From: an uncultured bacterium
GTDB taxonomy: Bacteria; Acidobacteriota; Thermoanaerobaculia; Multivoradales; JAHZIX01
Direction: 5' to 3'
DNA length: 64,000 nt
Assembly (NCBI GenBank): GCA_965368975.1
Contig: CBDUPA010000025.1
Location: 15,703-79,702, forward strand
Part shown: positions 1-39,167 of the stretch, piece after piece
Position numbering within the stretch: the first letter of the stretch is position 1
Layout of the letters: every line of letters starts with the position of its first letter
Made by a program: the position numbers and the translations under genes
Notes under the pieces: generated by a model
Database searches by the model: none
The model's input: only the letters and a program-made list of their open reading frames with translations
What the model was told of the DNA's origin: nothing

Positions 1-29974
<29,974 letters not shown>

Positions 29975-30198
29975 AGAGAACAGTAGAAATTCAAATCAGT
30001 CCTTGGCTACTTCTGCTGGATTGCATACAGAGCGGGTATCCAACGCGACCCCCGCAGCTGCATCTGAATGCGTGAGTGTACCGCAGGAAAAACCCGGAAA
30101 CGACCCGAGCCTCTTCTTTAACCTGTGCGCGCCAGCTGCTTCAGGGCGACAAGAAGAAGTCGCCTCTCACGCTCTCTATCGATGGGTGGCCGGCCCCC

Positions 30199-30579
30199 CT
30201 AGGGTAACCAGGCAGTCGCGGCAAGCATGGGATCGAGACCATGACGGACGGCGGCAACTTCGAAGAGTGCCAGTCCGATCGAGCACAGATTGCCCAGCAG
30301 AAAGTAGTCGTTGGACACTTTGTCATCGACCTTCAGTCGCGTGCCGATCTTGAGTGCTCCGAAGACTGTCAATACATGCGGAAAGCCACTGAGCAAACCG
30401 AAAAAGACCACGCTACGTTCGACGATTCCCTTCCAGATCGGCCAAGCACGGCTCCGGGCGCGCGAACTTCCAGCAGTTGCGATCTCAGACCCAAAAAGCG
30501 AGCGCAAGATCTCAAAAATCCAGGAGGCCAGCAACAGCTCAACGCTTATAAAGACGATCAGAACCAGCAACAACCTCAT
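30199..30579 (-). CDS. Small membrane protein (DUF3307/SatE-like C-terminal part), translationally coupled to satD
   Basis: 126 aa hydrophobic ORF with GIVER...ALKIGTRL...DYFLLGNLCS. Start overlaps the satD stop (ATGA). Confidence 0.65.
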   Translation of the reverse strand: MRLLLVLIVFISVELLLASWIFEILRSLFGSEIATAGSSRARSRAWPIWKGIVERSVVFFGLLSGFPHVLTVFGALKIGTRLKVDDKVSNDYFLLGNLCSIGLALFEVAAVRHGLDPMLAATAWLP

Positions 30580-31220
30580 ACAGACCTCTCCTGACTTACA
30601 AGGTACCGAATCACCTCCTTGGTGGACCGGTACTCTTCGACCAACAGCGTCTTGCGGCGCTTCCAGATCTGCGATCTGTTCTTGTCGAACTCCGCTGCCA
30701 CCGATGTGTTGTTGGGCTCCGCCAACATGCGCAGGATGAGCGGATAGTCATCTACACTCCAGCGCTCCAGAAGCCCCTCGTAGACCCGGAATTGGTGGTT
30801 CAAAGCCTCCGACAAGGCGCCATCTTGCAGTTCGAACAAGAATCGGGGACGCGGCCGCGCAGACTCGGTCAAGAGTTCTCGGGCACGAGTGAGTCCGGGC
30901 CCCATCATGCCGTAGGCGATCTCACGGTTGACCGGCGTCTCGATCTCTCCTTCATGCACGACAAAGTGCAAGACGAAGTCGAGAGTCTCGGCCAATCGGC
31001 GTTCTTCCAAGAAAAAGAGGCAATCGACCGCACTCGTCAGATCGAAGGTGAGTCCTTGGAACTCATCTCCCAAGGTGATGGTCAGCGGACTCAAGATGAG
31101 TTCTGCCAGCTCTCGGTTGCAGGCATCGACCAGATGCTCGAAGTTGCGCTGCAAAGGTACTGACTCCAGATCTCGGCTGTCGACCACATCTCCCATCAAG
31201 ATAAATTGGCTCGCCAACAT
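30576..31220 (-). CDS. satD: SatD-family protein (nucleotide-cyclase-like fold + C-terminal HTH-like region)
   Basis: MGDVVDSR...TITLGDEFQG...GPGLTRARELL and C-terminal VAAEFDKNRSQIWKR; GGAGG upstream. Confidence 0.75.
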   Translation of the reverse strand: MLASQFILMGDVVDSRDLESVPLQRNFEHLVDACNRELAELILSPLTITLGDEFQGLTFDLTSAVDCLFFLEERRLAETLDFVLHFVVHEGEIETPVNREIAYGMMGPGLTRARELLTESARPRPRFLFELQDGALSEALNHQFRVYEGLLERWSVDDYPLILRMLAEPNNTSVAAEFDKNRSQIWKRRKTLLVEEYRSTKEVIRYLVSQERSV

Positions 31221-31266
31221 TACCTCCCTATACCAAGTTCCCGCCTCGGCACGGCTTCAAGGCAAA

Positions 31267-31316
31267 GCGTATCAATAAAACTGAAGCAAGGCGACGCGTA
31301 TCAAAAATAATGATAC
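31267..31316. promoter_or_regulatory. Tandem palindromic operator-like sites upstream of satD
   Basis: GCGTATCAA at 31267 and 31296. Perfect GTATCA-N7-TGATAC at 31298-31316 and imperfect GTATCA-N7-TGAAGC at 31269-31287, in an AT-rich intergenic stretch. Confidence 0.55.
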
Positions 31317-31343
31317 ATGAAACCCTGTAGCAGACTAATTGAA

Positions 31344-32633
31344 TCAGCCGCGTGCCTCGCAGATCATGGCTTCCAACCTCTGCAGGCCAGCCTCGACTTC
31401 CTCGAAGCGAGGTCCATAGGACAAGCGCACGTACTGGTGGAAGCGCGAGATGTGACGTGCGCGCCGGCGTCCGGGGTTGATGTCGAAGAAGACGCCAGGG
31501 ACGCAGATCACCTTGTGCTCGAGCGCGCGCTCGAAGAAGGCCATGCCGTCGCTCAGCGGTTCGGGCAGGTCCCGCAACGAGGCGAAGGCATAGAAAGTGC
31601 CGTCGGGTTGGAGATCGAGCCCGAGGCCCAACTGGCGGGTGCGGCTGAGCATCAAGTCGCGCTTGGGCAAGAAGGCGTCGCGGATGGCCTGCGTCTCGGC
31701 CAGCACACGCGAGGGCTCCAGCAACTCGACCGCCGCGTGCTGCAAGGGTCGAGAACCACCCCCGTCGAGGAACGACCCGGCGCTGCTCATCGACTCGATG
31801 ACCGAGCGCGGCCCGACTGTCCAGGTGATGCGCCACCCCGGATAACGCCAGTTCTTGGTCAGCCCATCGAAGAGGATGACCGGATCTCGGTCGACGTCCT
31901 CGACGTAGCGCGCGGCACTGACGATCGCGTGGTCGACCGCAGCAGCCGGCGCCGGCGGTTGCCAGACGTAGTGCGAGTAAAACTCGTCGAGCAGCAGCGC
32001 GCAGTCCAGCTCGCGCGCCGTGTCCACCCATTGCGCCAGCTGCTCGCCCCGCACGACCTTCCCGATCGGATTGCTGGGGTTCGACAACAGCAGCGCCGCC
32101 ACCCCCCGTCCCAGCACCTCGCGCCGCAGATCACGGGCGGTGAAGGCATAGCCCTGCTCGGGATCGAGCAAGATCGGAATCGGCGTGAACATGCGGAAGA
32201 TGTCCAGCAACTCCTCGTAGGCCGTGTAGTCAGGCAGGAAGTGGCCCAGGTTGATCGGCCCGAGCGCCGCGCAGGCACGCGTCAGCGACGCCCGCCCGCC
32301 GCCGGAAATGGCCACGTTCTCGGCCTTGTACTGCGACTTCATGCCACGCCGGAAGAGGTAGTTGTAGAGCTCGGCCACGGCCTGACGCAGCTCCCACAGA
32401 CCGGGAACCGGCGCGTAATCCTGGTCCACCGGGTCGAAGGTCACCGCTTCGGGCCGCGGTGGCGCGCCGGGCAGCGGGCCGGTCTCGGGCTGCCCTTGTC
32501 CTAGGTTGCACCAGTCCGGGTGCCCCGGAACGAAACCCTTGGCCCGTGCCTTCTCGGTGACGTAAATGACACCGGTCCGCGGCACCGAGCGAAAAGCATT
32601 GAGTACACGAGCGCTGGAAACATCCATATCCAT
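31344..32633 (-). CDS. PLP-dependent aminotransferase class I/II
   Basis: NLGQGQPE, SNPSNPIG, LDEFY, GLTKNWRYPGWRI, PGVFF and VRLSY motifs. Start chosen at MDMDV. Confidence 0.88.
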   Translation of the reverse strand: MDMDVSSARVLNAFRSVPRTGVIYVTEKARAKGFVPGHPDWCNLGQGQPETGPLPGAPPRPEAVTFDPVDQDYAPVPGLWELRQAVAELYNYLFRRGMKSQYKAENVAISGGGRASLTRACAALGPINLGHFLPDYTAYEELLDIFRMFTPIPILLDPEQGYAFTARDLRREVLGRGVAALLLSNPSNPIGKVVRGEQLAQWVDTARELDCALLLDEFYSHYVWQPPAPAAAVDHAIVSAARYVEDVDRDPVILFDGLTKNWRYPGWRITWTVGPRSVIESMSSAGSFLDGGGSRPLQHAAVELLEPSRVLAETQAIRDAFLPKRDLMLSRTRQLGLGLDLQPDGTFYAFASLRDLPEPLSDGMAFFERALEHKVICVPGVFFDINPGRRRARHISRFHQYVRLSYGPRFEEVEAGLQRLEAMICEARG

Positions 32634-32683
32634 AGCGTTTTCCCAGAGAGGTACCGAGTCGCCAATCGAGTTCTCAGCCAGTA

Positions 32684-33646
32684 TCAGTCGAGCAGGCGCG
32701 GCAGGTGAGCGCGCAGCCACTGCTCGGCATCCTCGAAGCGCTCGAAGAGCCGCTCCCGGCGACGAAACTCGGGCGTGTGCAGACGCCGGCGGCCGTTCTT
32801 TTCCAGCGCCGGGATATCGGCGTGGAGCATCTCATGGTACACCACGGACTCGACCACGTACCGTGGGACCCACGGCTGATCCAGCTTGCGATGGATGCGC
32901 ACCAGATTCAATTCTGGCGTGTAGGTGCCGAGATGGATCGTGCGGCGCACCGGCGCGCGGCGCCGACGCTCGGTGCGCCTCCGCATCGGCACTTTGCCCC
33001 ACGTGATGTGGACGAAGAGCCGACCGTCGAAGTACTGCTCGTTGACCGTGTCGCGCAGCTGGCGCAGGTCGAAGCAGTCCCCCACCGGCCGCAACCGCGG
33101 TCGGCGCGTACGCGCACCCGGCACCGTCGGAGCACCCGCCGTACCGGGGGCCGGGAGGGCGCTCCCGTGAGCCCGAAAGTGTTCCCGCAGGGCGGTCAAG
33201 GTCTGCCGGCGCTCGGCGCCGCGCAGTCGCCCCTCGGCGAACGCCGCCACCTGCGACAGCAAGGCGTCCGAAGCTCCCGCGAAGCTCCAGTGCAACCGCA
33301 CCTGCAAGCCTCGCCCCGCTTCCGGGCGGGCGTTGAGAATGCTGGTGCGATTGTCGGTCAGAATCAGGCGCTCGAGAGAACCTTCCATGAAGCCATCGAG
33401 ACGGTGGAAAAACTCCTCGGGTGTCTCCATGTCGGCGGTGTCGAGCCGCAGGCGCAGCATCAGTGGCACGTCGACCCGCGCCTTGCCGTGCGCCTGGCTC
33501 GAGGGAGCGGCAAGCCGGCGTGGCTGTGCCGAACTCGGCACCACAGCCGTGGCGCCGATACTCGACTCAGACAGGCTCGACTCCGACGGGTGCGGGGTCG
33601 ACGAAGGCTCGAACAGCCACATCTGGAGATCGTCGGGACGCTTCAT
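32684..33646 (-). CDS. SprT-like/M48-like zinc metalloprotease domain protein
   Basis: VNEQYFDG...ITWG...LGTY...IRI-like...VVYHEMLH...HTPEFRRRE. Start uncertain. Confidence 0.75.
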   Translation of the reverse strand: MKRPDDLQMWLFEPSSTPHPSESSLSESSIGATAVVPSSAQPRRLAAPSSQAHGKARVDVPLMLRLRLDTADMETPEEFFHRLDGFMEGSLERLILTDNRTSILNARPEAGRGLQVRLHWSFAGASDALLSQVAAFAEGRLRGAERRQTLTALREHFRAHGSALPAPGTAGAPTVPGARTRRPRLRPVGDCFDLRQLRDTVNEQYFDGRLFVHITWGKVPMRRRTERRRRAPVRRTIHLGTYTPELNLVRIHRKLDQPWVPRYVVESVVYHEMLHADIPALEKNGRRRLHTPEFRRRERLFERFEDAEQWLRAHLPRLLD

Positions 33647-33743
33647 ACCACGCAGAGGCTATCCCCGACGGCCCCGAAGCCGCAAGCCGCGGCATTCAGG
33701 GCCGTCGCCAAGACCGCTTGTCACGACCGCTGACTGGCAGCCG

Positions 33744-34805
33744 CTATTGGCAAGTTTGGCAGCCGCAGTACGATGTCGCTCCGCGCGTGACCCACTGGCC
33801 GTTCCAGCTGCCGCCCGCCTGGCCGCAGACGCCAGGGCACCGCTGCTGCGCCTGCTGCTGGTTGTAGATCGGACCGGCGTCGACATCGCGCGTGGCGCAG
33901 GCGCAGTTGGGCTGCACCACCCAGGCACTGGGCGACCACCAGGTCTCGACGATCTTCTGCTGCCATTCGTGGTCGTTGGGCGACGGATACGGCATCTCGT
34001 GCTGCGGCGAGTGGGTGAACTGCTGGATGTCCTGCGTGAAGGAGAACAGCATCATGCCGCGGATCGGCTTGGCCTTCGCCCATTCGGTAAGCTGCTGCGT
34101 GGTCTCCAGACTGGTCATCCAGTTCTGATCCGGAGGTCCGGCTTGTACGCCGATGGTGATCTTGTCGTACGACAGCCCATACTGGTTGTAGGCGTCAACG
34201 CTCTTCTCGATCACCTCGGCAGGCCAGCCGTAGCTCATGGTGCTACCGAAGTCGAGAAGCTGGCCCAGATTGGTGTCCTTGAAGTCGTCGTGATCGTCCC
34301 ACAGCGCCTTCGACAGCAACTTGCCATCCAGCGCACCGCGCACCGCTGTGACGGTCTTCAGCAGGCTGTCCGTGTTGCCCTTGCAGCCCCATTCGTCATC
34401 GATATCGATGCCGTCGAGCCCGTATTTGTCGACGATCTCGCTGCGCATCCACGAGGCGAGAGCGGTGTTTTTGTCGTCAGGAATGCAGCCCCAGCCTATG
34501 CCTGTATCACCGCCGCTACCGACAATCGACAGCACGACCTTCACGCCCTTGGCCTGCAGGTGCTCGATGTGTCCGCTGTCGAGCGCCGCGGTCATCGAAT
34601 CGTCCCAAGCGACATACGGCGGCTCGAAGGAGTCAGGAGTGCCGGTGAAGTGAGCGGAGAACAGGGACACGACGTTGGCCTGCGGCCGTCCTTGCTGGTC
34701 GGTGAAACAGGTGATGTCCTGCAGGCTGGGGCAGGCGAAGTTGGACGAAGCCGGTGAAGAACAGCTCAGCCAGTAGAGCACGATCAGGGTTTCCGGTAGG
34801 GCCAT
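33744..34805 (-). CDS. GH18 endo-beta-N-acetylglucosaminidase (Endo-H-like) with C-terminal MVL-type mannan-binding lectin domain
   Basis: LQAKGVKVVLSI and YGLDGIDIDDEW catalytic motif. C-terminal DVDAGPIYNQQQAQQRCPGVC...WNGQW. GGAG RBS. Confidence 0.8.
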   Translation of the reverse strand: MALPETLIVLYWLSCSSPASSNFACPSLQDITCFTDQQGRPQANVVSLFSAHFTGTPDSFEPPYVAWDDSMTAALDSGHIEHLQAKGVKVVLSIVGSGGDTGIGWGCIPDDKNTALASWMRSEIVDKYGLDGIDIDDEWGCKGNTDSLLKTVTAVRGALDGKLLSKALWDDHDDFKDTNLGQLLDFGSTMSYGWPAEVIEKSVDAYNQYGLSYDKITIGVQAGPPDQNWMTSLETTQQLTEWAKAKPIRGMMLFSFTQDIQQFTHSPQHEMPYPSPNDHEWQQKIVETWWSPSAWVVQPNCACATRDVDAGPIYNQQQAQQRCPGVCGQAGGSWNGQWVTRGATSYCGCQTCQ

Positions 34806-34958
34806 GGTGCGAGATCTCCGGGTGGGTCGATGGTTACAGGGCTATCGATAGTTCGAGAGCCGAAGGAACAAAGCACGTGGAAACGAAAGGCGCGAGTGAG
34901 CAACCCTGTGGTCACAGCACCCGCGCTTCCGTTCCGATCGAGAGCAGTCCTGTCTAGA

Positions 34959-35513
34959 TCAGCCGCAAACGACGCAGCCGCAAACCGACATCTCGCCCGG
35001 CTTGGTGGTACGCCACTGGCCGTTCCAAGTACCGTCAGCCTTCGCACAGGTGGTCGGGCACTTCTTCTTGGCGTCCGCCTGATCCCAGATCGGACCCGCA
35101 TCGACGTCCTTGGTGGTGCGCTTGCAGCAGTTGCCGCAACAACCGCAAACCGACATCTCGCCGGGCTCAGTCGTCTTCCACTGACCATTCCACACACCCT
35201 TGGCGTCTGCGCAGGTGGCCGGGCACTTCTTCTCGGCGTCCGCCTGATTCCAGATCGGACCCGCGTCGACGTCCTTGCAGCACATCTGGCAACCACATAC
35301 CGACATCTTGCCCGGCACAGTCGTCTTCCACTGGCCATTCCAGGTACCGTTGTTGTTCGAGCAGGTCGTCGGGCACTTCTTGTTGGCGTCCGCCTGGTCC
35401 CAGATCGGGCCGGCATCGACGTCGGCGGTGCCCGGGTGGCACTCTTGCGCAAAGGCGCCCGGAGCCAGAATCAGAACGATCAGCACAGTCAAAAGCAGAG
35501 TGGCCTTCTTCAT
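34959..35513 (-). CDS. Secreted lectin with three tandem MVL (Microcystis viridis lectin-like) domains
   Basis: Signal peptide MKKATLLLTVLIVLILAPGAFA, then 3x DVDAGPIW(D/N)QADA.KKCP.TC......WNGQW.TT.PG.MSVCGC. Confidence 0.88.
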   Translation of the reverse strand: MKKATLLLTVLIVLILAPGAFAQECHPGTADVDAGPIWDQADANKKCPTTCSNNNGTWNGQWKTTVPGKMSVCGCQMCCKDVDAGPIWNQADAEKKCPATCADAKGVWNGQWKTTEPGEMSVCGCCGNCCKRTTKDVDAGPIWDQADAKKKCPTTCAKADGTWNGQWRTTKPGEMSVCGCVVCG

Positions 35514-35810
35514 GAGAGTTCTCACTTTCCCTTTTTGTTCGCCGGCATGCGAAAGCACGCAGCGAACCTTGTGTCGGCGAGATTGCCGAAACGTGTCCTC
35601 AGATGCCTCTCCCTCACGTGGGGAGAGTCCGAAATGGTGCTAATCCGTGTCTTGAAGGGGAAATCAGATGAACAATCGCGAGACTAGCACTCGCCGAAAC
35701 CTCGTGTCAAGAAAGACCAAAACAGATAAATATACCCACTTCCAAATAGCTCCTTCTTGACCCTCGGGACGACACTAGCGCTACACTGCGGGCAAGAGAC
35801 AAACCCTTCG

Positions 35811-37088
35811 ATGACACCTTCACACGCTGACAACAACGCCTCCCTGACCGCGCTCGGCAACTGCTTCTCCGCCGCGGCCCCAGGCCTCTACGTACACATC
35901 CCGTTTTGCTCGGCGATCTGCCCCTACTGCGACTTCTCCGTGCTGCTCGGCGACGCCGATGCCAGAGAGGCCTTCACCCGGCGTTTGGTGCGCGAGATCG
36001 AGCTGTGGCGGGATTCCAGCTCGGACCTGCGCCTGCGTGGCATCGATACCATCCACTTCGGCGGCGGCACCCCGACGGCCCTGGCGCCCGAGCAGCTCGC
36101 ACGCATTCTCGAGGCCGCCCGCGCTCACCTCGACCTCGAGCCGGACGCCTGGCTCTTCCTGGAAGCCAACCCCGAGGACGTCACCGCCGAGGCCGTCGTA
36201 GCCTGGCAGCGGCTCGGCGTGCGTACGCTCAGCCTTGGAGTTCAGAGTTTCCACGACGACGCCCTGCGCTTCCTCGGTCGCCGTCACGATGGCCAGCAAG
36301 CCCGCGACGCCGCCCACCGAGCCCTCGACGCCGGCTTCCACAGCGTGTCGATCGACGTCATTTATGGCCTTCCCGAAGACTCGCCCGCGCGCCTGCTGCG
36401 TGACCTCGAGATCGCCGTCCAGCTCCAGCCGCAGCACCTCTCCTGCTACCAGCTGACGATTCACCAGGGCACGCCTTTTGGCTTCCGTCACGAGCGCGGT
36501 CAGCTCGACGAACTGCCCAACGACGACCAGGCCGAACTCTTCCGCCTCACCCACACCTTCCTCGCCGACCACGGCCTGCCCGCCTACGAGGTCTCGAACT
36601 TCGCGGCATCGCCCGAGCACCAGAGCCGTCACAACCGTAAGTACTGGAACCACACCCCCTACCTCGGCCTGGGCCCGTCCGCCCACTCGTTCCACCCGCG
36701 TACCAACGGCGATCGGCTGTTGGGCGGGCGGCGCTGGTGGAACGTGCGCAAGATCAAACCCTGGAACACGCGTCTCGACGAGGGCGCACGGCCGATCGAT
36801 GAGAGCGAGGAGCTGCGCGCCGACGAACTGGCCTTCGAAGCCCTGATGCTCGGCCTGCGCACCAGCGCCGGCCTGGACGTCGAGACCTTCCACCAGCGCT
36901 ACGGCGTCGACCTGCTGGCGGCCAACGGTGCCTACGTCGACGACCTCGAAGCTCGCGGCTTGCTGCAGCGCCGAGACCACCACCTCGTCCCCACCCTTGA
37001 TGGCTTCGCAGTCGCGGATTCCGTTGCCTGCGGTTTCCAGCTACACCCGACCGCTGCATCACACTCATCGATCGCACCGGAACCCTGA
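35811..37088 (+). CDS. hemW: Radical SAM heme chaperone HemW (HemN-like)
   Basis: LYVHIPFCSAICPYCDF, FGGGTPT, EANP, SLGVQSF, YEVSNFA, HNRKYW, GLGPSAHS. Confidence 0.9.
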   Translation: MTPSHADNNASLTALGNCFSAAAPGLYVHIPFCSAICPYCDFSVLLGDADAREAFTRRLVREIELWRDSSSDLRLRGIDTIHFGGGTPTALAPEQLARILEAARAHLDLEPDAWLFLEANPEDVTAEAVVAWQRLGVRTLSLGVQSFHDDALRFLGRRHDGQQARDAAHRALDAGFHSVSIDVIYGLPEDSPARLLRDLEIAVQLQPQHLSCYQLTIHQGTPFGFRHERGQLDELPNDDQAELFRLTHTFLADHGLPAYEVSNFAASPEHQSRHNRKYWNHTPYLGLGPSAHSFHPRTNGDRLLGGRRWWNVRKIKPWNTRLDEGARPIDESEELRADELAFEALMLGLRTSAGLDVETFHQRYGVDLLAANGAYVDDLEARGLLQRRDHHLVPTLDGFAVADSVACGFQLHPTAASHSSIAPEP

Positions 37089-37187
37089 TGGGGCTTGGCA
37101 TTCGGACCCAGCAGTGGATACAATGCCATGACTCCCGCCGCAATACCGCCCACCGGAGTCTCAACCCCTGCGAGTTCCCCTCCTTCC

Positions 37188-39092
37188 ATGACAGCCACCT
37201 ACGACGCCTCCGCCATTGAAGTCCTCAAGGGCTTGGAGCCGGTGCGCAAGCGCCCCGGTATGTACACGCTCACCGAGCGACCGAACCACCTCGCTCAGGA
37301 AGTCATCGACAACGCCGTCGACGAAGCTGTCGCCGGACATTGCCGCAAGATCAAGGTCAAGATCTACGAGGACGGTTCGCTGTCGGTCGAAGACGACGGC
37401 CGCGGCATGCCGGTGGACAAGCACAAGGGAGAGCAGATCTCCGGCGTCGAGGTGATCCTGACGCGGCTGCACGCGGGCGCCAAGTTCTCGAACAAGAGCT
37501 ATCGCTTCTCCGGCGGTCTGCACGGCGTCGGCGTGTCTGTGGTCAATGCGCTGTCGAAGAAGCTCGACGTGTGGGTGCGGCGCGGCGGAAAAGAGCACCA
37601 CATGGCGTTCCGCGACGGCGGCAAGGCGTCGCCGCTGAAGGTGATCGGCGATGTCGGCGTGCGCAACACGGGCACGACGCTGCGCTTCTGGCCCGACCCG
37701 CAATTCTTCGACTCGCCCAAATTCAGCTTGCCGCGGCTGCGCCACCTGCTGCGCGCCAAGGCGGTGCTGTGCCCCGGATTGACCATCAGCCTGGACGTCG
37801 AGGGGCAACCGGAAGACGCTGAGGAATGGTGCTACGAAGACGGCCTGAGCGACTACTTGCTGGACGAGCTGGACGAGTTGGTACGCGTGCCCGAAGCCCC
37901 CTTCGTGGGGCACTTCCAGGGCGAAGACCAGGAAGCCGACTGGGCGGTGCTGTGGCTGCCGGAAGAGGGCGAGCCCCTGGGCGAGAGCTACGTCAACCTG
38001 ATCCCGACGCCGCAAGGCGGCACGCACGTCAACGGCTTCCGCCTCGGCCTCACCGACGCCATCCGCGAGTTCTGCGAGTTCCGCAACCTGCTGCCGCGCG
38101 GACTCAAGATCAGCCCCGAGGACGTCTGGTCACGCTGCTGCTACATCCTGTCGCTGCGCATGCACGAGCCGCAGTTCAGCGGTCAAACCAAGGAGCGCTT
38201 GTCATCGCGCGAGGCGGCGGCCTTCGTCGCCGGCGTCACCAAGGACGCCTTCAGCCTGTGGCTCAACCAGCACACCGAGGACGCGGAGCGCATCGCTCAG
38301 CTGGCGATCGACAACGCGACGTCCCGGCAACGCTCGGCCAAGAAGGTGGCCCGCAAGAAAGTGGCAGGCGGTCCGGCGCTGCCGGGCAAGCTGGCCGACT
38401 GTACGCAGCAGGACCTCGACGTCACCGAACTGTTCCTGGTCGAGGGTGACTCGGCCGGTGGTTCGGCCAAGCAAGCACGCTCGAAGGACTTCCAAGCCAT
38501 CCTGCCGCTACGTGGCAAGATCCTCAACACGTGGGAGGTCGATTCGGCGCGCGTGCTGGCGTCACAAGAAGTGCACGACATCGCGGTCGCTCTGGGCATC
38601 GACCCGGGGTCACCCGACCTGAGCAATCTGCGCTACGGCAAGGTGTGCATCCTGGCCGACGCCGACTCCGATGGTGCCCACATCGCCACCTTGCTGTGCG
38701 CGCTGTTCGTCAAGCACTTCCGAGCCCTGGTCGACGCTGGACGCCTGTACGTCGCCATGCCGCCGCTCTTCCGCATCGACGTCGGCAAGCAGGTCTTCTA
38801 CGCCCTCGACGACGCCGAGCGCGACGGCATTCTGCAGCGCGTCGAGGCCGAGAACATGCGCGGCAAGGTAACCATCCAGCGCTTCAAGGGTCTGGGCGAG
38901 ATGAACCCGCTGCAGCTGCGCGAGACCACCATGGACCCCACCACCCGGCGGCTGGTGCAACTGCGGCTCGACGTACCGCTCGAAGACGGCGGCGCTCCAG
39001 ACGCGGTGATCGACATGCTGCTGGCCAAGGGCCGCGCCAGTGATCGCAAGCAATGGCTGATGGACAAGGGCGACCTGGCGACAGTCGAGTAG
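37188..39092 (+). CDS. parE: DNA topoisomerase IV subunit B
   Basis: YDASAIEVLKGLEPVRKRPGMY, EVIDNAVDE, GLHGVGVSVVNALS, VEGDSAGG, PLRGKILN, DADSDG, QRFKGLGEM. Confidence 0.95.
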   Translation: MTATYDASAIEVLKGLEPVRKRPGMYTLTERPNHLAQEVIDNAVDEAVAGHCRKIKVKIYEDGSLSVEDDGRGMPVDKHKGEQISGVEVILTRLHAGAKFSNKSYRFSGGLHGVGVSVVNALSKKLDVWVRRGGKEHHMAFRDGGKASPLKVIGDVGVRNTGTTLRFWPDPQFFDSPKFSLPRLRHLLRAKAVLCPGLTISLDVEGQPEDAEEWCYEDGLSDYLLDELDELVRVPEAPFVGHFQGEDQEADWAVLWLPEEGEPLGESYVNLIPTPQGGTHVNGFRLGLTDAIREFCEFRNLLPRGLKISPEDVWSRCCYILSLRMHEPQFSGQTKERLSSREAAAFVAGVTKDAFSLWLNQHTEDAERIAQLAIDNATSRQRSAKKVARKKVAGGPALPGKLADCTQQDLDVTELFLVEGDSAGGSAKQARSKDFQAILPLRGKILNTWEVDSARVLASQEVHDIAVALGIDPGSPDLSNLRYGKVCILADADSDGAHIATLLCALFVKHFRALVDAGRLYVAMPPLFRIDVGKQVFYALDDAERDGILQRVEAENMRGKVTIQRFKGLGEMNPLQLRETTMDPTTRRLVQLRLDVPLEDGGAPDAVIDMLLAKGRASDRKQWLMDKGDLATVE

Positions 39093-39144
39093 GGCGTCGA
39101 AGGAAGGCGTCGAAGGAAGGCGTCGAATAGGGTGGGCGAATAGG
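39093..39144. repeat. Short tandem direct repeats in the parE-parC spacer
   Basis: ggcgtcgaaggaa x2, then ggcgtcgaataggg / ggcgaataggg. Confidence 0.6.
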
Positions 39145-39167
39145 GTAACGGTGGACTAAGAGCGAAC

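Noticed and set aside
34970-35430. ~150-165-bp direct repeats as a possible CRISPR or mobile repeat
   Set aside because: They are the three coding MVL lectin domains; there is no repeat-spacer structure and no cas genes.
35811-37088. Radical SAM gene as maturase for the RiPP precursor or the NRPS product
   Set aside because: Motifs (HIPFC, YEVSNFA, HNxxYW) are those of housekeeping HemW, and it sits with parE/parC.
39093-39144. parE-parC spacer repeats as a mini-CRISPR or iteron
   Set aside because: Adjacent 13-bp units without spacers; better explained as slippage duplication.
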